From NCBI GenBank assembly GCA_963830915.1, contig CAWHOE010000075.1:1-13922 (forward strand): a stretch of DNA of 13,922 nucleotides, read 5' to 3'. Source of the DNA: a candidate division FCPU426 bacterium (lineage in GTDB: Bacteria > Oederibacteriota > Muellerivitia > Muellerivitales > Muellerivitaceae). The notes under the pieces are model-generated. The model did not search any database. It worked only from the letters and a program-made list of their open reading frames with translations, and had not been told where the DNA came from. Below, in pieces: positions 5,422-12,662 of this stretch. A program made the translations under genes and the position numbers. The stretch's first letter is position 1, and each line of letters begins with the position of its first letter.

Positions 5422-8031
5422 TTATCGAACCTTCTGATACAGCCTCAGATCATCCGGGCTCAGGAAGGTCGACGGCTCGGACGCCTGATAATTCTTGGTG
5501 TCGGGTTTGTCCGTGAAGATCCCCATCATGGGGATAGCCAACCCGTCCCCGCTATTCATCGGCTCTATCCCCAGGATCAACTCGATGGTCTTCAGCATGC
5601 TTTCCTGGTCGTAAGGATCGCTCACCAGGGCGCCTCGTTTCACGTAGGGTCCGGCGGCAAAGGCCACGGTGCGGGTCGAGTCCACATGATCCAAGCCGTC
5701 CTGGGAATCATCCTCCTCGACCAATATCAGGCTATCCTTCCAAACGTCGCTCTTTGAGATGGTCTCCACGAACGCCCCCAGGGCTGTGTCGTTCTGGGCG
5801 ATGTATTGTTCCGGCGTGGGAGGGGGAGGCCAGCCCATGTGGTCGTTGGGAAGCCAAAAATATTCCAAGGCCGGCACTTGCTTGCTTTCCACCTGCCGTT
5901 TGAAATCCTCTTTCCAGCACCGGACCCTTTCCAGGTCGGAGATGGTCAGGTCCCAGGCCGGGTAATTGATCGAATAATGCACCAGGAAATCCGCGAAGGC
6001 TTCCCTCAAACTGGAGTTCTCATCCAATGCCTCGGCCAGAGTGTCATCCTTGAAGTAATAGTCGGAAAGGACCGCCGTGAACTTGGGGTCATTCATGAGC
6101 TTCAGCGCGTCCTCTTTCACCAGCGCCTGCTGATTAAAGGGCAGGAATTTCCGGGTGAATCGCAGTCCCCTGTCCTTCTCATCGGCGAATTGCAGGGTGT
6201 TCATGGTGTACTTTTTCACGATATCCGAATTGGCGCCGTAAGCCGCCACCAGCAGTTTGTAGGGCCTGGTGTATAGGTAGTAGGGTTCGCCGTAGATCTT
6301 GTAATCTAGTCCCTTATCGGAGATGGCGTCCCAGATATATTGGGGCGAGAAGAAGGCCGGGATGGTGCCGTAGGGGTAAAGATATTTGACCGGCTCCTTG
6401 GCGTCATCCGGGTCCTTGAAATCGAACCGGCCTGAATAGCCGATGTTGCTGATCCATTCCAGGAATGGGCTGGCATAACCCGAGGTCGTGAAACTGTGGC
6501 CCAGGGCGCTGATCTCCCCATCACAGAAAAAATGGTCCAGGGTCACGAAATCCCTAGCGAGCTTGTGGGCGTTGGGGCTCTTGGGCTCGGGAAACACGCA
6601 AAGCTTCGGGTCGCCCTCGCCGGGGGTCAGGTCACCCAGTATCTGGTCGTAGGTGCGATTTTCCCTTATCACGTAAAAAACGTGCTTGATGGGCAGTTTG
6701 AAACCGTCGCGAGGGCTGGCGAGGGGAGAACCCCCTTCCACCTGGGCGGTCCAGGTTTCCAGCTTGCCGTCCATGTCCGATAAGGGAATGGTGGAAAGGG
6801 AGCCTATCAATAGGTTCAGTATATATTCGGGGTCTTCCTTGCGGAGCCCCTCCACCCCCTTGTCCCGAATGGTCGGCCTCAATGGCCGGATTCCCTTGGC
6901 GCTCAAGGCATAAAGATTATTCTTATCCAGGTAAACCTTGGTAGGGTACCAGCCCGTCGGTATCAGGCCCTGCGTTTTCCCATTCAACCGATTCAAGACC
7001 GCCACGGCGTTCCAGCCAGCCAAGCTGACATAAAGACGGTCCTTGTCTGCCGCGATGGAATTGGGTCCGGCGCCATACTTGAAACCCGATTGTTTCAGGT
7101 CGAAGGTCAAAGCCACCATATCGGTCGTGGGGTCGATCTCGGTGATCTCGTCCGAATTGGCGTTGACCACGTAGATCTGGTCCCCTTCCTGGCAAAGGTT
7201 GGTAGGGCCCTTCCCCACCGGGATGGAATCTCCTTCCACCAGCTTATTGGCCTGGATGTTATAGACCTGCACCCGATCCTCACCCTCAATGGTCGCGTAC
7301 AACTTGTGATGCGCCCAGAGAAGGGCGTAGGGATAATGACCTGTTTTGACCTCGTCCAATATCTTTCCCGTGGAAGTGTCCAGTAAGGCGATCTCTCCCT
7401 TCTCCCAGGCGCCCGTTCCCTGTTTGTCCACCATTAAATAAGTCACCGCAAGTCGGTTCTTACCGACAAAGGCCAGCCCTCCCGCGTAACCGTTCACCGG
7501 ATAGCTGGGATGAGTCTTGGAAGGTTCCAAAAGCCGGTTCAGCCTGTAGACCTTGAAGTCGTAACCCCCGCTGATGTAAAGGTCCCCGTCCGTCCCCTGG
7601 ACCGCCGAGGGGAATAAGGAATGGAAAGGCAGGTTCTTCACCAGTTGGTTCGTGGCCGGGTCCACCACCGATACCTGGGCGTTGGCCTTGGGCGGATAAA
7701 AGCCGTTATTCAACACGATGAGTTTGTTGGCGTAGGAAATCATCTCGGACGGCATGGTGCCCAGTTCCAGCACCTGCCCCGCTGGAGCTATCTTCCAACC
7801 GGTCGGAAGGACCACTTCTTTCGCCTCTGTCTTTCGGGAGTTTTCCTGGGCCTTTTCCGTATAGGACACGGCCTGATCGTAAGGAGTGGTCATGGAGGCC
7901 ATCCACAAGTTGCGTTTCAGGTCAGCGTGTTCGGAGGGTTCGTCCAACCCTGTCACAGGCTGGGCTTGGGCGATGGTCGTTAGGAAGGACAAAACGAAAA
8001 AACAGAGCATCTTCAAACGGGTTTGGTTCAT
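5422..8031 (-). CDS. Secreted YncE/YVTN-type beta-propeller + phosphoesterase (alkaline phosphatase superfamily) protein
   Basis: ATG at 8031 follows GGAGG (8039-8043), with a Sec signal ending AQA. Propeller repeats include VKTGHYP, IPVGKGP, YVVNANSD.I..ID and IPTGWYP. Phosphoesterase motifs are PIKHVFYVIRENRTYDQILGD, PNAHKLA..FV.LD.F..D...S..GH, LPNDH, NDTALG..VE.IS.S..WK and EDD.QDG.DHVD..R. Confidence 0.93.
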   Translation of the reverse strand: MNQTRLKMLCFFVLSFLTTIAQAQPVTGLDEPSEHADLKRNLWMASMTTPYDQAVSYTEKAQENSRKTEAKEVVLPTGWKIAPAGQVLELGTMPSEMISYANKLIVLNNGFYPPKANAQVSVVDPATNQLVKNLPFHSLFPSAVQGTDGDLYISGGYDFKVYRLNRLLEPSKTHPSYPVNGYAGGLAFVGKNRLAVTYLMVDKQGTGAWEKGEIALLDTSTGKILDEVKTGHYPYALLWAHHKLYATIEGEDRVQVYNIQANKLVEGDSIPVGKGPTNLCQEGDQIYVVNANSDEITEIDPTTDMVALTFDLKQSGFKYGAGPNSIAADKDRLYVSLAGWNAVAVLNRLNGKTQGLIPTGWYPTKVYLDKNNLYALSAKGIRPLRPTIRDKGVEGLRKEDPEYILNLLIGSLSTIPLSDMDGKLETWTAQVEGGSPLASPRDGFKLPIKHVFYVIRENRTYDQILGDLTPGEGDPKLCVFPEPKSPNAHKLARDFVTLDHFFCDGEISALGHSFTTSGYASPFLEWISNIGYSGRFDFKDPDDAKEPVKYLYPYGTIPAFFSPQYIWDAISDKGLDYKIYGEPYYLYTRPYKLLVAAYGANSDIVKKYTMNTLQFADEKDRGLRFTRKFLPFNQQALVKEDALKLMNDPKFTAVLSDYYFKDDTLAEALDENSSLREAFADFLVHYSINYPAWDLTISDLERVRCWKEDFKRQVESKQVPALEYFWLPNDHMGWPPPPTPEQYIAQNDTALGAFVETISKSDVWKDSLILVEEDDSQDGLDHVDSTRTVAFAAGPYVKRGALVSDPYDQESMLKTIELILGIEPMNSGDGLAIPMMGIFTDKPDTKNYQASEPSTFLSPDDLRLYQKVR

Positions 8032-8181
8032 GGGTAAGCCTCCAAACCTATTGGAAACCATAACCCTTCGATTCGGAAGGGCCGGATAGGTTAAATTCAT
8101 GGAAATTCATCGACAAAAAACGAAGACTTGTCCCCTGTCTATATCCACCCCCAGCCTATAGCCATCCCTTTTTTTCCCGAG

Positions 8182-9942
8182 TTAAAGCCTCAGGCTGAGG
8201 CCCATCTCGGCCGGGATGAGAATGATGGGTTTGTCGTTGAATTCTTCCGCCGGTCCGAAGTCCAGCCCTAAAGCACCCTCCACATAGACCCCGAAGTTGT
8301 CCGAGAAGTTGAACTCGAACCCCAACGCCGGGTCCACTTCCGGGTTGATCCAGGTTTTTTTGGGGATCGTCGCGGTCTGGGCCGATCCGTTGACGTAGTC
8401 CGTATATGTCCCGCCCTGGGAATCGATGGCGACCCCCAGACCCAATTGCAAATAGGGCCGGAAAAACCGGCTTCCCAGGTCGAGATGATACTGGGTGAAG
8501 AACTCGATCGGGATGTGGATGGAGTCGGGCGGCGTGTAGCCGTTGCCATTGTTCATGACCTCCTGCCCAAACTGGTCCTGATAGTCGAAATTCAGGCCCA
8601 AAGTCCATTGGGGACTCACATCCAACCCCAGCTTGGCTCCTACCGCGGGGCCGCCGCCCGTAAAGTTCTGAAGGCCCTGGGAGAGGGGGAAACCGTCTCC
8701 GCCGTGAAGGCTGATCACGAAAGACGGAAGCGGACCATTAGGGTTGCTGACCGTCGTCGCCTCCGGGCTGGGGGTCGAGGGTGTACTCGTCGCCTTGGCC
8801 GTGGCGGCAGGCGAAGGGACATGGGTCGGGACGGGCGTGGGCGCTCGTTTGGCCGGAACCGGCGTGGCCGTATCCGTCACGGTCCATGTGGCTGTGGGTA
8901 ACGCGGTCCAGGTATCGGTGGGTGTATCGGTCGGGGTGTTGGTCGGTACGGGCGTAGGGGCGGTCTTGTTCTTTTTCTTCTTGGGGTTCTTGGCTTTGGG
9001 GCCTGGCGCGGGCGTGGGTTGGCCGGCTGGCGGGTTCACACCGATGATGTCGGGCAGCAGCAGGAATTCCATACCCGCTCCCATGATCCAATCCGGTCCG
9101 GTCATCCCCATTTCCAGGTAATAGCGCGCCTGGGATGAGGGAGTGGGGATAAAGACCATGTTCATCGACCAGTCGGGAGCGACCCCGAAGGAAGGCAGGT
9201 GGTCGGTGAGGAACTTGGAATGGTTCACATCCCAGGCATCGGAGATCTGGTAACTGGAACCGGTCCAGGGGTCCTGGATGCTCATGGCCAAGTGACCGTA
9301 GGTGCTGAAACCGACCGCTAACCCGAACTCGAAGTTGGGGCTCAGTTCGGTATGAGCAGTCACCTCAGGAGACAGGGCCCACCAGAAACCGTGGATGTCG
9401 ATCTCATCCCCCGCGTGCAGGTTGGAGATATCGGGAAAGCCCGTGGTACAGAAATAATCGCCCGGTTCGCCCGGACCTTGCTGCGTGCCCCAGTACTCGA
9501 GAGCCACAGAGGCCTTGCCCTTCAGTCCCACTTCCCATCCCATGGTCCCGACGGAGAACTTGCCCAGGATCTTCTCCAGGCCCGACTGGGCCACATAGTC
9601 CATGGACGTAATGGTATAGGCCGGTTGGAAGTTGCCGTCCTGGTCGGTAAAGGCCGGGATGGGCATGCTTCCGCTTCCCGCGTCCAGGGAAACGCTCCAC
9701 CTGAGGGTATCGTCCGCGATGGGTATAGGACCGAGCGGGGAACCCCCGGAAAGGGAGCCGTTGGCGTTCTCATCATTGGAGGTCTTAGCGTTTATCTTGG
9801 AGGAAGCGTGTCTTTTCAAAAAGGAAGAACGGGTCGGCTGAGGCGTGGGGGTCGGGTTGTCCGTATTGTCGTCATCCTGGGCGAAGGCAAGGACCGGGAA
9901 TAGGAACAAAAGGACGAATAGGGCGGCCAGGGTCTTTTTCAT
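8182..9942 (-). CDS. Outer-membrane beta-barrel protein with central Pro/Thr-rich linker
   Basis: Sec signal MKKTLAALFVLLFLFPVLAFA. The C-terminal ~185 aa has amphipathic strands typical of 8-stranded OMPs (WTLGLNFDY, FRPYLQLGLGV, LGFEFNF, FGVYVEG, terminal EMGLSLRL). The N-terminal domain also shows amphipathic strands. Confidence 0.75.
   Translation of the reverse strand: MKKTLAALFVLLFLFPVLAFAQDDDNTDNPTPTPQPTRSSFLKRHASSKINAKTSNDENANGSLSGGSPLGPIPIADDTLRWSVSLDAGSGSMPIPAFTDQDGNFQPAYTITSMDYVAQSGLEKILGKFSVGTMGWEVGLKGKASVALEYWGTQQGPGEPGDYFCTTGFPDISNLHAGDEIDIHGFWWALSPEVTAHTELSPNFEFGLAVGFSTYGHLAMSIQDPWTGSSYQISDAWDVNHSKFLTDHLPSFGVAPDWSMNMVFIPTPSSQARYYLEMGMTGPDWIMGAGMEFLLLPDIIGVNPPAGQPTPAPGPKAKNPKKKKNKTAPTPVPTNTPTDTPTDTWTALPTATWTVTDTATPVPAKRAPTPVPTHVPSPAATAKATSTPSTPSPEATTVSNPNGPLPSFVISLHGGDGFPLSQGLQNFTGGGPAVGAKLGLDVSPQWTLGLNFDYQDQFGQEVMNNGNGYTPPDSIHIPIEFFTQYHLDLGSRFFRPYLQLGLGVAIDSQGGTYTDYVNGSAQTATIPKKTWINPEVDPALGFEFNFSDNFGVYVEGALGLDFGPAEEFNDKPIILIPAEMGLSLRL
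8735..9040 (-). repeat. Low-complexity Pro/Thr (x-T, PT) coding linker with polybasic patch
   Basis: Translation includes PPAGQPTPAPGPKAKNPKKKKNKTAPTPVPTNTPTDTPTDTWTALPTATWTVTDTATPVP...PTPVPTHVPSP...STPSTPSP. Boundaries are approximate. Confidence 0.85.
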
Positions 9943-10060
9943 GAGAGTTCCTTATATGGAATATGAAAGCTCTCCCCCAGCCATCCTCAGTAGAATCCAC
10001 AATACTTGTCGGCCTGTATATGACAGTACTCACATTGGAAATGAAAAATTCGGCCCGATA

Positions 10061-10468
10061 TTATTTCTTGGAATAAAGGTAGGCTCCGGCCAACAGACCG
10101 AAATAGATGACCAAGACCAGCCACTGGCCCCAATAAGCCAGCGGGGTCGAATCGGGCGAAAGGCTGTGGAAATCCGTGGTCACGTTGATGAAGGCTATCC
10201 CCAATAGCGCCGCCCCGCCCGCGCAAAGAATGGGTTTCAAGAACGCCTTGGTGTGGTCCGTATCGGCCAACGCGAAAAAGAAAAAGACCGCCCACCCGAA
10301 GGATAGGATGGAAATGATGCGATCCTGGTACACGGTCGAGGGCACGTTGTAATAGATAAAAAGGAAGGGGACCTTGATGCCGAACAAATGGGCGATGGAT
10401 ACGCCCAAAAAATAGAGAACCCCAACGAATAGGGCGCTCCTCAAGATCACCGTGGTTTTATTCCTCAT
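10061..10468 (-). CDS. Four-helix membrane protein (135 aa), unknown function
   Basis: ATG at 10468 overlaps the upstream TGA (ATGA), suggesting translational coupling. Four hydrophobic segments. Confidence 0.8.
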   Translation of the reverse strand: MRNKTTVILRSALFVGVLYFLGVSIAHLFGIKVPFLFIYYNVPSTVYQDRIISILSFGWAVFFFFALADTDHTKAFLKPILCAGGAALLGIAFINVTTDFHSLSPDSTPLAYWGQWLVLVIYFGLLAGAYLYSKK

Positions 10469-10905
10469 TTCCCCATTTCCCTGCCCTTGGCTTTCACCCT
10501 CTCGCCCCAATCCTTCCAATCTTGAAGCGTCCAATTTTTGTAATCAGGTTCGGTCCAGTCCGCGCAATCAGCCCACTTTTTCCAATCTTCCTCGCTCCAG
10601 TTTTTCCGCTCTATGCCCCACTTGATCCAATCGTTCAGGTTTCCGGTCTCTCCCCCGACTTGGCGCGGCAAAACCAGCCCGAAGAAAGCGGCGGTCAATG
10701 CCACCAGACCTCCGATGGCCAGCCCGGAAAGGACAAAGATCATCAAAAAGGTGGGACCCAATGCCTGTCCATAAACCAGGACGACCGTTGGAAAGCCGAT
10801 CGCCAAAATGACCCCTCCAATGATCCCTGTGATGGCGATCTTACTGCCGTCCCCGAACGCTACGCCGACCTCGGTCTTTTCCTTGTCTTTGGTTTCCTCG
10901 CTCAT
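10465..10905 (-). CDS. Two-helix membrane protein with Trp-rich C-terminal repeats; candidate ECF regulator (anti-sigma)
   Basis: ATG at 10905 follows AAGGAGG. Short charged N-terminus, two TM segments, then W-[ST]-x-x-D-[WY]-K-x-W repeats. It lies immediately downstream of the ECF sigma gene. The anti-sigma role is inferred from position only. Confidence 0.75.
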   Translation of the reverse strand: MSEETKDKEKTEVGVAFGDGSKIAITGIIGGVILAIGFPTVVLVYGQALGPTFLMIFVLSGLAIGGLVALTAAFFGLVLPRQVGGETGNLNDWIKWGIERKNWSEEDWKKWADCADWTEPDYKNWTLQDWKDWGERVKAKGREMGK

Positions 10906-10943
10906 TCGACCCTCCTTGAATTTCTTCCCAACCCTCAACCGCC

Positions 10944-11450
10944 TTAAGACTTGCGTCCCTCCAGGGCTTGCCGCAAAGTCCTCAAAGCGTACCTACAACG
11001 ACTGCCCGCGGTGTTCAGCGAGATCTTCAGGGCTTCCCCGATCTCCTTGAACGACAACCCCATGTAGTACTTCATGCGGATCACGTTCCGTTGGGTTTCA
11101 GGCAAACCCAGAAGAGCCTGTTCCAACCTCGCCGGATCGGCGGCTGGGGACGGGCCCGTCGTGTCTAAATCCATATGGGTTGCCGCTTCGGGCGCTTCCT
11201 CCAAAGGGACATGGACCTTCCCACGTGTTTTCCGCTTGATCGCGTTCAACCATATGGATCGGGCCGTATAAGCGCCCGGACTATCTACCTTCGACAAAGC
11301 CCCTTTTTCCCACAAGAGGAACAAGGTTTCCTGTACCACATCCTCCGCCTCCTCACGGTTCCCGAGGACGCGGTAAGCCAGCCTCACCCAAAGGCGTCGA
11401 TTTTCCCCAACGAAGGCCTGGAAAACTTCCTCTTTTTGAAAGTCATTCAT
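10944..11450 (-). CDS. ECF-family RNA polymerase sigma factor
   Basis: Region 2 (LAYRVLGNREEAEDVVQET.L.LW) and region 4 (L..LPE.QR.VI.MKYY.GLSFKEI.E.L.IS.NT..SR.RYAL..LR..L). 168 aa with no C-terminal extension. RBS is GGAGAGG. Confidence 0.95.
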   Translation of the reverse strand: MNDFQKEEVFQAFVGENRRLWVRLAYRVLGNREEAEDVVQETLFLLWEKGALSKVDSPGAYTARSIWLNAIKRKTRGKVHVPLEEAPEAATHMDLDTTGPSPAADPARLEQALLGLPETQRNVIRMKYYMGLSFKEIGEALKISLNTAGSRCRYALRTLRQALEGRKS

Positions 11451-11494
11451 GCCTGGTTATCAGCCTCTCCGAATGGGATATCCACCTCGGTTCA

Positions 11495-11507
11495 TTCTAG
11501 TCTAGAA
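11495..11507. promoter_or_regulatory. 13-bp palindrome upstream of the ECF sigma gene, candidate operator
   Basis: TTCTAG-T-CTAGAA, a perfect 6-1-6 dyad 44 nt upstream of the sigma start codon. Confidence 0.3.
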
Positions 11508-11717
11508 ATCCCGCCTTATTCCCTTCGACAGTCGCGATCCCGACTCCCGGATGGAATGTAGCTTGATGTGTAATTGGGCTCTAGTCATGCCCTTTTAAGG
11601 ATTGATCCGACAGGAGCGTTTTTTGTCTACGATTTTCGAAGGAAATTTATTAACAAATGAAGGTCGAGCGGGAAAGGGGCAAAATCTTTTTTAAGAAACC
11701 AGCTTAATATAAGAAGT

Positions 11718-11723
11718 TATAAT
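11718..11723 (+). promoter_or_regulatory. Consensus -10 box upstream of prmC
   Basis: TATAAT in an AT-rich stretch about 40 nt before ATG 11763. No convincing -35 at 17-nt spacing. Confidence 0.35.
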
Positions 11724-11762
11724 CAAAACAAGTCCTAATTTTCCCTTCGTGAATGGAATGCC

Positions 11763-12629
11763 ATGAAAAACACTTTGACTCCCCTCCAGCTTATCCAATG
11801 GGCCGTTCCCATCTTGAGGCAAAACCACGTCTACCACCCCCGTTATAGCGCCTTCAGCCTGGTCGCTTTCGCCTTGGGCGTGGATACCTTGAAGCTTCAC
11901 TTTCATTTCGACCGGCCCTTGAAGGCTTCCGAGGTCGGGAGGATCAAAAAGTTGATCGCCCGCCGCATGAACCACGAACCTCTGGAATACATCCTCGAGG
12001 AGATATACTTTTTCGGCTTGCCCTTCAAGGTTTCGCCCGCGGTCTTAAGGCCCAGGATCGAGACGGGCCAATTGGTGGAATTGGCCCTGGAAGCCCTGGC
12101 TCCCTTGCCCAAAGAAAAACGCCTGGTCTTGGACCTGGGAACCGGTTGTGGAAACCTCGCCCTCGCCGTCGCCAAATACATCCCCTGCCGGGTCTGGGCA
12201 TTGGACATCTCGGCCCAAGCCCTGGCGGTCGCCAAATCCAACGCACGCCGTTTAAAGGTCGCTAGTTCCCTTCAATGGCGCCAGGGGGATTGGTTCAAGG
12301 CCTTGACCAAACGGGACCCTGCCCAGTTCCAGGTCATTCTTTGCAACCCGCCTTACATTGCCCAGTTGGATGAGGAATTTTTGAACACTGAGATCCAGGG
12401 TTACGAGCCCCCGGTTGCCCTCTACGGAGGAAAAACCGGGTTGGACCCTTACCGGGCCGTGGCCCAGGGCATGGCCCAGAGGCTGGCCCCCGGCGGGATC
12501 GGCCTGATGGAGTTGGAGCCCAACCGCGCCAAGGAAGCCAGCGACCTTTTCAAGGGCCAGGGTTTAAAAAGAAGTTTCGCCAAGGACGACGCGGGAGTGA
12601 ATAGGGTCCTGGTTCTCGAAAAGAAGTAA
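11763..12629 (+). CDS. prmC: Peptide chain release factor N5-glutamine methyltransferase (HemK/PrmC family)
   Basis: Motifs RR...EPL.YI.....F.GL.F.V...VL.PR.ET..LVE, SAM-binding VLDLGTG.G, DIS..AL..A..NA, catalytic NPPYI, EP..AL.GG..GL..Y and D.AG..RV. Confidence 0.88.
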   Translation: MKNTLTPLQLIQWAVPILRQNHVYHPRYSAFSLVAFALGVDTLKLHFHFDRPLKASEVGRIKKLIARRMNHEPLEYILEEIYFFGLPFKVSPAVLRPRIETGQLVELALEALAPLPKEKRLVLDLGTGCGNLALAVAKYIPCRVWALDISAQALAVAKSNARRLKVASSLQWRQGDWFKALTKRDPAQFQVILCNPPYIAQLDEEFLNTEIQGYEPPVALYGGKTGLDPYRAVAQGMAQRLAPGGIGLMELEPNRAKEASDLFKGQGLKRSFAKDDAGVNRVLVLEKK

Positions 12630-12662
12630 CTTTGAAGGCTGGCGAGTGGTTTCGACCCACCC

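Noticed and set aside
8860..8965. Short DNA repeats such as GGTATCGGTGGGTGTATCGGTCGGGGTG considered as a CRISPR or tandem-repeat array
   Set aside because: They simply encode the TPTD/PTPVPT linker. There is no constant repeat-spacer periodicity and no cas genes.
5732..10425. Many alternative-frame and antisense ORFs within the phosphoesterase, barrel and 4-TM genes
   Set aside because: They overlap better-supported genes and are explained by GC-biased codon usage.
12646..12662. Small hairpin GTGGT-TTCG-ACCCAC between convergent prmC and the secreted-protein gene
   Set aside because: The stem is short and bulged with no U-tract on either strand, too weak to call a terminator.
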